From positions 3,339,181 to 3,403,180 of the forward strand of contig OY775914.1 in assembly GCA_963675215.1 (NCBI GenBank): a stretch of DNA of 64,000 nucleotides. The letters run 5' to 3'. The notes beneath the pieces are model-generated. The model was given only the letters and a program-made list of their open reading frames with translations. It was not told where the DNA came from and ran no database searches. Both the position numbers and the translations under genes were made by a program. The stretch is from Bacteroidales bacterium. Its GTDB lineage: Bacteria; Bacteroidota; Bacteroidia; Bacteroidales; GCA-2711565. Of this stretch, positions 18,410 to 27,396 are shown one piece after another (the first letter of the stretch is position 1; each line of letters opens with the position of its first letter).

Positions 18410-19180
18410 ATGAGGATTACCAAATACATTTTCTTTTTATTACTGATTGCCAAATATGGCAGTTCACAAACAATCATTAATGCAGAGCGATTGATTAGTG
18501 GCAGCGATTCTACAATTTACGCGATGTCATTATCATATAACGGCACCAATGGAAACTCAGTCACAACCCAACTTAATATTGCTCCGTCAATCATTTTTGT
18601 AAGAGCAAAGAATGATTATAAAATACTTGGGGGCTACTCCCTGCTTTCTGAAGATAATAATGGAATTTTAAATAGTGGCTTTGTACATCTCAGGCATAAT
18701 TACAAAATAGCAGACCGCATTAAAACATTTGAATTTTATCAAATACAATTTAATGAGGTGATCCTGCTCACCAAAAGAGAAGTTTTTGGAGCAGGCTTGA
18801 GATTTAATCTGATAAAAAAAAACAGTCTTAAGTTTGATTTAGAAGCAGGGCTTATGCGGGAGATGGAAACCTTAGACAAAACCAAATTAGCATTAAATGA
18901 AACGTTTTCTGCAAACGTTTATCGCTTAACACTCGTAAGTATTTTTAAATGCAATATTGGGAAATTGGTTAGATTGAATAATATTAGTTACTACCAACCC
19001 AATACAGAGCGTTTTTCTGATTTCAGACTTTTAAATGAATTAAACCTTACATTTAAGATTTCTGACAATTTTGAATTAATTAATGCCTTAACCATACGAT
19101 ACGACAGTCATCCACCGATTGCTCTAAAAAAAATGGATACCGCCCTTAGCTTTGGATTAAACATTAAATTTAACAAATAG
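18410..19180 (+). CDS. outer-membrane beta-barrel protein (DUF481-like)
   Basis: Signal peptide, alternating beta-strand pattern and terminal 'LSFGLNIKFNK'; resembles the DUF481 family. Confidence 0.6.
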   Translation: MRITKYIFFLLLIAKYGSSQTIINAERLISGSDSTIYAMSLSYNGTNGNSVTTQLNIAPSIIFVRAKNDYKILGGYSLLSEDNNGILNSGFVHLRHNYKIADRIKTFEFYQIQFNEVILLTKREVFGAGLRFNLIKKNSLKFDLEAGLMREMETLDKTKLALNETFSANVYRLTLVSIFKCNIGKLVRLNNISYYQPNTERFSDFRLLNELNLTFKISDNFELINALTIRYDSHPPIALKKMDTALSFGLNIKFNK

Positions 19181-19185
19181 GAATT

Positions 19186-20250
19186 ATGGCCAGATTTATA
19201 AAAAAACACCGAAAAGAAGTAGGACTCTCACCCGATGCACTGTATTTCAGAGGGAACCAGAAGATTGATAATATTTTATTGCGTTTGATTGATTTTGATG
19301 CTGAGAATTTAGAGGAAAGTGCTATTAATACTGTTGCAGAAGTCTTGAGCTATCAAAAGAAGAATACGGTTACCTGGTTTAATATCGACGGACTGCATAA
19401 TAAAGAAATTATGCAAGAAATTGCAAACGGGTTTAAACTCGATACCCTTGTTTTGGCAAGAGTAATGGACACGCATTCGCGTCCAACCATCCGAGAACAT
19501 TCAAATTGCATCTTCTTATCCATCAAAATGCTTCAGCAAAATGAAAACAGTACTTCCATAACTGTCGAAAACTTAAGTTTAATTCTTACGAAAAACATAT
19601 TAATCTCATTTCAGGAAAGAAAAGGGGATGTTTTTGAGCCTATACGCGAGCGCATTCGTGCTCAAAAGAAGAGAATTAGAAGTTCTGGAATCGACTATCT
19701 GGCATTTGCATTACTCGACATCGTTATTGATAATTACATTTATATAATTGGTGAGTTTGGCGAAAAAATTGAAAACCTGGAAGACAAATTATTGTTAAAC
19801 CCGAACCAAAGTGTGATTGACGAAATTAACACTTATAAAAGAGAATTAAATTTTTTGAGAAAAAACATCATTCCTGCCAAAGAAATGATTTTGTCATTAT
19901 CGAAGCTAGAATCGGAGTTCATCTCTGAAAGTTCGGAAGTTCATTTTAAGGAATTACTTGACAATATAAATTATGCCATCGAATCAACAGACAACTACAG
20001 GGAGATTTTATCAGATCAGCTGAATATTTATCACACAACCATGAGTACAAAGTTAAATGATGTGATGAAATTTTTAACCGTATTCTCCGTTATTTTCATC
20101 CCGCTGACATTTATTGCCGGTATTTACGGAACCAACTTTGATGTTGTTCCTGAGCTTCATTATGAATACAGCTATTTTATAATGTGGGGGGTAATCGTAG
20201 TGATTGCAATTTCAATGTTGTTTTATTTCAAAAAGAAAAAATGGCTCTAA
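19186..20250 (+). CDS. corA: CorA-family divalent metal ion transporter
   Basis: Two C-terminal TM helices with the loop motif 'YGTNF' (canonical YGMNF); cytoplasmic alpha/beta funnel-domain length is typical. Confidence 0.85.
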   Translation: MARFIKKHRKEVGLSPDALYFRGNQKIDNILLRLIDFDAENLEESAINTVAEVLSYQKKNTVTWFNIDGLHNKEIMQEIANGFKLDTLVLARVMDTHSRPTIREHSNCIFLSIKMLQQNENSTSITVENLSLILTKNILISFQERKGDVFEPIRERIRAQKKRIRSSGIDYLAFALLDIVIDNYIYIIGEFGEKIENLEDKLLLNPNQSVIDEINTYKRELNFLRKNIIPAKEMILSLSKLESEFISESSEVHFKELLDNINYAIESTDNYREILSDQLNIYHTTMSTKLNDVMKFLTVFSVIFIPLTFIAGIYGTNFDVVPELHYEYSYFIMWGVIVVIAISMLFYFKKKKWL

Positions 20251-20417
20251 AAACAAGATTTAACATCTAGACATTACAATATATTGGCATTTTAAGTATC
20301 TCATTTGAGATAATTAGTATAAATCTCCCAAAAAAATCGACCAAAAGGCGGATCAAATTTTGATTACTTATCGCTATCAAATTGCTTTTTAGTATATTTG
20401 TCGCTTAACCTGGTTAT

Positions 20418-22094
20418 ATGCACTCTTACGAAAAACTAAATTTTGCAACTGTTATCCCCGATGTAGTTTCAAAATATGCCAATAATGTGGCTTTGGGATT
20501 TGTTGATGAAGAACAAATTACCTATGCCCAAATGGGAACCAAAATAAAGGCAGTTATATCATTTCTGGAAACCTTAAATATAAAGCCCGGAGACAAAGTA
20601 ATTATTTATAGTCAGAACATGCCTAATTGGGGGATTGTTTATTTTGCGCTGCAATGCATGGGTGTTGTAACTGTTCCGGTTTTACCGGATTTTAATAAGC
20701 ATGAATTACAAAATGTTTTAAGCCATTCAGAGGCCAAGGCTATTTTTATTTCTGAAAGTCTGGAATATAAATTTAAAGATATAGATAGAGGGTTTATTAA
20801 ATCCGTGATTCGTCTTGATAATTTAAAAGTTTTAGAAAGTGAAGAACAAAATATTGCTTTTAATATAGATGCAATAGCTGCAAATTCTTACAATCCAGAC
20901 GAAAATGAATTGGCCATCTTACTCTATACTTCAGGAACAACAGGTGATTCGAAAGGTGTAATGTTATCCCAAAAGAATGTAATTATCAATGCATTTCAAA
21001 GCAATGACATTCAAAATATTCATGAAACAGATAAATTTTTATCGGTATTACCCTTGTCACATACCTACGAAAACACCCTTGGTTTAGTTTTACCTGTTTT
21101 AAAAGGAGCGAGTGTAAGTTATTTGCGTAAACCTCCAACTGCAGCAGTTCTGATTCCTGCAATGCAAGCAATCAGACCAAATATTATGTTGACGGTTCCG
21201 ATGATTATCGAAAAAGTATACCGAAATAGCATCCTGCCTAAATTACAAAGCAAAAGTATAACCCGATTTTTACTCAAATTTAAACCAACTCGAAAACTGC
21301 TTCATCGCATTGCAGGAAAAAAACTATATGAAACTTTTGGTGGAAGACTAAGCTTTTTTGGAATTGGCGGCGCAAAGCTAGATCCAAAAGTTGAGCAATT
21401 TTTAAGAGACGCTAAATTCCCATATGCGATTGGATACGGGCTAACAGAAACAGCTCCAATGCTTGCCGGCTCAAATCCATCCATGACTAAATTTCAGGCC
21501 ATTGGTCGAAAAGTAGTCGATTGCGAATTAAAAATTCATAATCCTGATCCGATAACAGGTGAAGGAGAAATTTGGGGAAAAGGACCAAATGTAATGCTGG
21601 GCTACTATAAAAATGAAGAAAAAACAAAAGAGGTTATGACCGAAGACGGTTGGTTTAAAACCGGCGATTTAGGGGTGTTTGACAAAAACGGCTGGCTTAG
21701 TCACAAAGGGAGATTAAAAAATATGATTGTTGGTGCCAATGGCGAGAACATTTATCCCGAAGAAGTTGAATCTCTCATTAATAATTTCAGGCATGTTGTA
21801 GAATCGATAGTTATTGAAAAGAAAGGCAAATTAATGGCACTGGTTTATTTTAATAGAGAAGAACTGGAGTTAAGGATGAAAGAATTAAGAAGTGAACTTA
21901 CGAATAAAGTTGATGAAAAAATTGAAGAAGTTACCCAATTGGTCGATCAGTCAATCGACGAATTAGCCACAGAACTTCAAGAATACATAAATAGCAGGGT
22001 AAATAAATTTTCGCGCTTACAATTAATCGTAGTACATCCTGATCCATTTCAAAAAACAGCAACCCTTAAAATAAAAAGGCATCTGTATTATTAG
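20418..22094 (+). CDS. AMP-dependent synthetase / long-chain-fatty-acid--CoA ligase
   Basis: AMP-binding motif 'YTSGTTGDSKGV', 'GYGLTET' and 'GWFKTGD'. Confidence 0.85.
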   Translation: MHSYEKLNFATVIPDVVSKYANNVALGFVDEEQITYAQMGTKIKAVISFLETLNIKPGDKVIIYSQNMPNWGIVYFALQCMGVVTVPVLPDFNKHELQNVLSHSEAKAIFISESLEYKFKDIDRGFIKSVIRLDNLKVLESEEQNIAFNIDAIAANSYNPDENELAILLYTSGTTGDSKGVMLSQKNVIINAFQSNDIQNIHETDKFLSVLPLSHTYENTLGLVLPVLKGASVSYLRKPPTAAVLIPAMQAIRPNIMLTVPMIIEKVYRNSILPKLQSKSITRFLLKFKPTRKLLHRIAGKKLYETFGGRLSFFGIGGAKLDPKVEQFLRDAKFPYAIGYGLTETAPMLAGSNPSMTKFQAIGRKVVDCELKIHNPDPITGEGEIWGKGPNVMLGYYKNEEKTKEVMTEDGWFKTGDLGVFDKNGWLSHKGRLKNMIVGANGENIYPEEVESLINNFRHVVESIVIEKKGKLMALVYFNREELELRMKELRSELTNKVDEKIEEVTQLVDQSIDELATELQEYINSRVNKFSRLQLIVVHPDPFQKTATLKIKRHLYY

Positions 22095-22101
22095 CGACCT
22101 T

Positions 22102-22815
22102 ATGAAACTTATAAGTACGTCTTTTAAATCGGTTTCGTTAATTTTTGCACTCTTCATTCTTACTATTTCATGTGGTACACCAAAGGAAGATGGCTACAAA
22201 CAAGCCTTGAATGTTGTATCCGACTCTGAAATTTACCATAAACTGATAGATGAAAACCCAACAAATGAATTAATTGATCTTGAAAAATTCATCCCTGATA
22301 TCATATTCGACATCCGTTATGCCACCAAAAACAATTTCACGAAACAGGTAATTTACAATTCGCCAAAAGCCTTTGTTCGGAAACCTGTTGCAGATGCTTT
22401 AGCCAAAATTCAAACTGAACTAAAAGCTCAAGGCTTGGGATTAAAAATATTTGATGCATACCGACCTTATGCTGCAACCGTTAAATTTTACGAAGTTTAC
22501 CCCGACACAAACTTTGTTGCAGCACCATGGAAAGGATCAGTGCATAACCGAGGCTGTGCTGTGGATTTGACCATCGTAAATACAGCTACAAATATGGAGC
22601 TGAAAATGCCTACTCCATTTGATGATTTCACAGATAAAGCAGCACATTCGTATATTGAGCTTTCAGATACGGTTTTAAAAAATCGCACTTTGTTGAGAGA
22701 AATTATGGAAAAACATGGTTTTCAAATCTATAGTTATGAATGGTGGCATTATAACTTTAATGGATGGCAAGATTTTCAATTAATGGATATTCCTTTTGAA
22801 CAGTTAGTGAAGTAA
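22102..22815 (+). CDS. D-alanyl-D-alanine dipeptidase (VanX/M15D family), lipoprotein-type
   Basis: 'DAYRPY', 'SVHNRGCAVDLT' (SxHxxGxAxD) and 'EWWHY'. The N-terminus has a signal peptide with 'LTISCGT'. Confidence 0.85.
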   Translation: MKLISTSFKSVSLIFALFILTISCGTPKEDGYKQALNVVSDSEIYHKLIDENPTNELIDLEKFIPDIIFDIRYATKNNFTKQVIYNSPKAFVRKPVADALAKIQTELKAQGLGLKIFDAYRPYAATVKFYEVYPDTNFVAAPWKGSVHNRGCAVDLTIVNTATNMELKMPTPFDDFTDKAAHSYIELSDTVLKNRTLLREIMEKHGFQIYSYEWWHYNFNGWQDFQLMDIPFEQLVK

Positions 22816-22898
22816 GATAATTTTATCCAAAACCCAAATTAGACAAAATGAAATTGGTTTAAATATTTAAAGTATATTTGAATTACTAATCATAAATC

Positions 22899-25061
22899 AT
22901 GAAATATAAAGCGATACTATCCTTACTTATAATAATAGTCGTTTGTTTCTGTGGGTGCAAAGAAAAGGAAATAGTTAAGGATAACGATATCGAAAAAGAA
23001 CTAAGCAAGGCAGACACAACAATCATTCTATCTGAGCTCAGGAAAGCTAATTCATTTACAGCCAATTTTCCCGATTCTGTTAAATTCTACGCAGAAGATG
23101 CTTTAAAATTATCCAAAGAAATCAATTTTAACCGTGGAATCGATTTTAGTAATTATTATTTAGGTGTTGCTGAATGGAGTAAAGGAAACTATCCAGAATC
23201 CATAGCTTACCACAAAAAAACACTTAACAACACCAATAACGAAGGACTTAAAGCCCTATGTTTACGCGATATAAGTTTATCTTTAATCTATTCAAACAAA
23301 CACGAAGAAGCCAGAAACTATCTTGATCAATCGATTGAAATATTTGAAAAACTAGATAACAAATCAGCATTAACCCTGGCTTATATCAATTACGGTTTAA
23401 TTGAAAGTTATAATGAAAACTATCTGCTTGCCTTAGCTCATTATCACGAAGCGCTTAAACTTAGCGAAGAAACAAAGAACTTAACGAATAAATCTCTCAT
23501 CCTGAACAATCTTGGAGTTATTAATTCGAAGCTAGAAATGAACCCAATATCACTCGATTATTACCAACAGGCCTATGATATTGTTAAAGAATCTGGCGAT
23601 TTAAAATTAAGAGCACTTTACCTTAATAATATTGCAAACATCGATATTGAATTAAATAACTATAAGGAGGCACTCCTTCTTATTGATTCAGGATTAATGC
23701 TCACCGAAGAATCGGGAGATAAAAGAAGTAAATTGTTTTTACTTACAAACAAAGGAAAAGCGTTACAAGGTATTAAGGAATTTGATTTAGCTATTCAATT
23801 TTATAAGCAGGCAAATGAATTGGCGAATGAAACCGGCGTCAGAGATAACGCATTAAAAATACAAACTGGGCTAGGAACTACATATTTTGAGATGGGTAAT
23901 TTTAATATGGCGATGACTCACCTGAACAAAGCACTTAATGATGCAGAGCAAGAAGCCGATAAAGAAATCATCAAAGAAGCGAGCGAATTAATGGCAAAGA
24001 TTTACGCATTGCAATTAGACTTCGAAAATGCTTTTATTTATATGAAGATGAGTAATGAAATGGCAGACAGCCTTTCAAAATCTAAAATTGTAAAGCAGTT
24101 TACTCAAATGGAAATGCAATTTGAATTCGACAAAGAGGTGTATGAAAATGAATTGGTTCAGCAAAAGATTAATCTTCAAAACAAGCAAAAAATTGAAAGA
24201 CAACGATTTCTTTTATATGTTTTTATCCTGATTTTCTCAATTATCTTATTCTTTGTTTTTGTGACTTATAGAAACTATCGAAACAAACAAAAGCTTAATT
24301 TAAAACTTGCAGAAAATTTTAAACAAATCAAAGAACAAAACAGACTTATTGCAAACAAAAACAACGACTTAGAGTCCTTAAATGAAACAAAAGATAAATT
24401 ATTTTCATTAATTGCCCACGACCTTACAAGCCCCTTTAATACGATATTAGGATTCGCTGAAATGTTTTCTGATCAATACGATTCAATTGATGAAACCAAA
24501 CGCAAGCATTATCTTAAGCAAATTTATCAATCCTCAAAACAAGCTTTTAATCTTTTGGTAAACTTACTGGTGTGGGCTCGTTCACAAAAAGGGAGTATTG
24601 AAATCGAAATGGAGGATGTAATTTTATATGAATTGATAAATAAAAGTGTTGAACCTTTTTTATCGAACGCGAATGAGAAAAAGATTAACATTCATGTTAA
24701 TATTCCGGATAACATTACTGTTAGATTAGACAAGTTCACCATGCAAAGCAGTTTTGGGAATTTAATAAATAATGCCATCAAGTTCACAAAACCCGGAGGA
24801 CATATAGATATTTCGATTGTATTACATTCCTCCTATTTGGAGATTAAAATATCTGATGATGGTATCGGAATTGCACCCAATCGAATTAATAATTTATTTA
24901 AAATTGGCAAAAACCATTCAACACCGGGTACCAATAATGAAAAAGGTACCGGCTTAGGTCTGATCATTTGTAAAGACTTTATCGCAAAGAATGGCGGAAA
25001 GCTAAAAGTGGAAAGTAAACTTGGGAAAGGAAGTACTTTCAAGGTAATTCTCCCATTATAA
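22899..25061 (+). CDS. TPR-repeat sensor histidine kinase
   Basis: Lipoprotein-like signal, about 350 aa of TPR-like repeats, one TM, then HisKA 'LIAHDLTSP' and HATPase 'GTGLGLIICKDF'. Confidence 0.85.
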   Translation: MKYKAILSLLIIIVVCFCGCKEKEIVKDNDIEKELSKADTTIILSELRKANSFTANFPDSVKFYAEDALKLSKEINFNRGIDFSNYYLGVAEWSKGNYPESIAYHKKTLNNTNNEGLKALCLRDISLSLIYSNKHEEARNYLDQSIEIFEKLDNKSALTLAYINYGLIESYNENYLLALAHYHEALKLSEETKNLTNKSLILNNLGVINSKLEMNPISLDYYQQAYDIVKESGDLKLRALYLNNIANIDIELNNYKEALLLIDSGLMLTEESGDKRSKLFLLTNKGKALQGIKEFDLAIQFYKQANELANETGVRDNALKIQTGLGTTYFEMGNFNMAMTHLNKALNDAEQEADKEIIKEASELMAKIYALQLDFENAFIYMKMSNEMADSLSKSKIVKQFTQMEMQFEFDKEVYENELVQQKINLQNKQKIERQRFLLYVFILIFSIILFFVFVTYRNYRNKQKLNLKLAENFKQIKEQNRLIANKNNDLESLNETKDKLFSLIAHDLTSPFNTILGFAEMFSDQYDSIDETKRKHYLKQIYQSSKQAFNLLVNLLVWARSQKGSIEIEMEDVILYELINKSVEPFLSNANEKKINIHVNIPDNITVRLDKFTMQSSFGNLINNAIKFTKPGGHIDISIVLHSSYLEIKISDDGIGIAPNRINNLFKIGKNHSTPGTNNEKGTGLGLIICKDFIAKNGGKLKVESKLGKGSTFKVILPL

Positions 25062-25187
25062 CATCTTAAATCAACACAAAATCCCATCTAATTTACTAAT
25101 TTAGCCATTTAACAATCTCCACCACTTAATATTAATTGTTAAGCAGTTGGAACTTTTGAATATTTTATTGAATACTGAACTAAGACT

Positions 25188-25760
25188 ATGATTCCGACTA
25201 ATTACCGCCGAAAAAAAGCCCAAACCATAAGTTTATTTAGAAAGATTCATCGAAAACTGGCAATCTTCCTATTTCTATTTTTCTTTATTATTTCAATTTC
25301 AGGCTTATTATTAGGCTGGAAGAAACACAGCGGTGGAATAATTTCTCCAAAGTCATATATCGGAACTACCACAGATTTAAAAAAATGGCTTCCAATTGAT
25401 AGCTTAAACAATATCGCCAGTAAGATTTTAATCGACTCTGTTTCACCGGATCTATCTGATGAATTAGACAGGATTGACATCCGAAAAGAACTCGGGATGG
25501 TAAAATTTGTATATAAAAATCATTACTGGGGCATACAACTCGATGGTGCTACAGGTAAGTTGTTAAATTTGGAGAAACGTCGTTCTGATTTTATTGAAAA
25601 TGTGCACGATGGAACCATATTCGATAAATATTTAGGCACTAACAAAACTTATATCAAATTAATTTATTCCACTTTAATGGGGCTTGCCTTGATCGTGTTC
25701 ACCTTTACCGGATTTTGGTTATGGTATGGGCCTAAAAGGATTCACAGAAAAAAGGATTAA
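25188..25760 (+). CDS. PepSY-associated TM helix family membrane protein
   Basis: N- and C-terminal TM helices flank a soluble domain; 'FRKIHRKLAIF' is typical of PepSY_TM proteins. Confidence 0.55.
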   Translation: MIPTNYRRKKAQTISLFRKIHRKLAIFLFLFFFIISISGLLLGWKKHSGGIISPKSYIGTTTDLKKWLPIDSLNNIASKILIDSVSPDLSDELDRIDIRKELGMVKFVYKNHYWGIQLDGATGKLLNLEKRRSDFIENVHDGTIFDKYLGTNKTYIKLIYSTLMGLALIVFTFTGFWLWYGPKRIHRKKD

Positions 25761-25900
25761 GCATATAAAACGGTTCAATTAATACTAAAACAGAGGCAAT
25801 TATTTTAATCAGTATATGATTTTCAAAAAATAATTTCAGATTGTAAGAAAATTACCACTATCTTTGCCCCCTAAATTTATTTTAACAATTTATTAAAACA

Positions 25901-26092
25901 ATGAAAAACGGAACAGTAAAATTCTTCAACGAATCCAAAGGATTTGGATTTATCGTTGATGAAGATTCAAAAGAAGAATTCTTCGTACATGTATCAGGAC
26001 TAATTAATGAAATCCAAGAGGGTGACGCAGTAAGCTTCGAATTAAAAGAAGGTAAAAAAGGTTTAAATGCAGTTGATGTAAGAACAGCATAA
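25901..26092 (+). CDS. cold-shock protein (CspA family)
   Basis: 'GTVKFFNESKGFGFI' (RNP1) and 'FFVHVS' (RNP2); 63 aa. Confidence 0.92.
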   Translation: MKNGTVKFFNESKGFGFIVDEDSKEEFFVHVSGLINEIQEGDAVSFELKEGKKGLNAVDVRTA

Positions 26093-26116
26093 AAATATTA
26101 AGATTTTTTTATCATT

Positions 26117-26148
26117 AAAAAGCCTGTCAATATTGACAGGCTTTTTTT
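26117..26148 (+). terminator. rho-independent terminator of the cold-shock gene
   Basis: agcctgtca-atat-tgacaggct (9-bp perfect stem) followed by a 7-T run. Confidence 0.8.
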
Positions 26149-26281
26149 GTTCTAAGTAATAAATTTATGCTTTGAACTGCAAAAGCAGAATTAAAAATCT
26201 GAACCTCATTTTCTTCCTGAGAATCACTAAAGATGTAATAATTGTTTTTACTATATTCGTTTTTCATTGAACTAATTATTT

Positions 26282-27190
26282 ATGCAAGCAAAAGTTTTAA
26301 TCGCAGGTGGATCGGGTTTTATAGGAAACAAATTGGGAAAACTACTCCTTGATAAGGGTTATCAGGTTGCGATTTTAACTCGAAATAAACACAAAGAATC
26401 AATCTTCGAAGAATTTACATGGAACATAAACTCCAAGCACATCCAGTCGGATGCTTTGAAGAATGTCGATTATGTGATAAACCTTGCAGGTACAAATATT
26501 GCTGAAGGCAGATGGACTAAAAAACGCAGACAAGACATCCTGGATAGTCGAATAAAATCGACTGAGTTATTATTTGAGCACACCCAAAAACTGCAAATAA
26601 AACCCAAAGCCTTTATCGCTGCATCAGCGGTTGGCTATTATGGTAATGCGGATAATGATAAAACTTACGACGAACAAGAAATGGCAGGAGTTGATTTCCT
26701 TGCGAAGGTTTGTCAAAAGTGGGAAGAAGCGTCATTGAAATTTCAAAAGGCAAAAATTAGAACTGTAATATTAAGGACAGGTGTTGTTTTAGACAAACAA
26801 GGTGGTGCTTTCCCGAAAATGGTTCAAAGCCTTAAATTCGGTTTCATTTCAAGTATTGGTTCAGGCAAACAATATATTCCATGGATTCATCTGAATGATT
26901 TATTGAACATCTATCTGAATGCGATTGAGCATGAAAACATAATCGGGATTTACAATGCTGTAGCTCCTCATCAAATTACCCAAAATGATTTTGCTCAGGA
27001 AATTAAAACGGTCTCTCAAAAAATAAAATTTCCTAATTTACCCGCATTCGTTTTAAAAATCCTGTATGGAGAAATGTCATCAATACTATTAAAAGGGAAT
27101 AAAATTTCAGCAAAAAAAATACTTGAAACTGGTTTTAGTTTTAAGTATAATCATATAAGTGCTGCGTTGAAAGAGCTATTGAGAAAATAA
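26282..27190 (+). CDS. TIGR01777/YfcH-like epimerase-family protein (NAD-binding plus DUF1731 C-terminus)
   Basis: 'VLIAGGSGFIGNKL' Rossmann motif; C-terminal 'GFSFKYNHISAALKELL'. Confidence 0.8.
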   Translation: MQAKVLIAGGSGFIGNKLGKLLLDKGYQVAILTRNKHKESIFEEFTWNINSKHIQSDALKNVDYVINLAGTNIAEGRWTKKRRQDILDSRIKSTELLFEHTQKLQIKPKAFIAASAVGYYGNADNDKTYDEQEMAGVDFLAKVCQKWEEASLKFQKAKIRTVILRTGVVLDKQGGAFPKMVQSLKFGFISSIGSGKQYIPWIHLNDLLNIYLNAIEHENIIGIYNAVAPHQITQNDFAQEIKTVSQKIKFPNLPAFVLKILYGEMSSILLKGNKISAKKILETGFSFKYNHISAALKELLRK

Positions 27191-27283
27191 TCCAAATCTA
27201 AATTCGACACTAAAAATACGCTGGTAAACTTTTTTGTTTATATTGCGTATAAAATTGTTAATCCCCATTACCAATTTTAATAG

Positions 27284-27340
27284 CTAACACCTAAACTGTA
27301 AATCAAATGTGTGAACTTGATATATAATGGTGTTTAAATG
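27284..27340 (+). repeat. possible degenerate left-end copy G of the structured element
   Basis: 'CTAACACCTAAACTGTAAATCAAATGTG' versus copy A 'CTAACACCTGTAAATAAAATATGG'. Confidence 0.4.
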
Positions 27341-27396
27341 CTCTTAAATTATTGAAATTGAGTTGTTCGCAATAATTGACAACAAAACAAAATCGG

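Noticed and set aside
25109-25144. TTAACAAT-N18-ATTGTTAA inverted repeat ending GTTAAGCAG, the same right-end string as element A
   Set aside because: At 36 nt it is far shorter than any attC-like copy and lacks the ATGGC/CCAT frame. It is more likely a simple hairpin after the TPR kinase gene. It is noted only because of the shared GTTAAGCAG.
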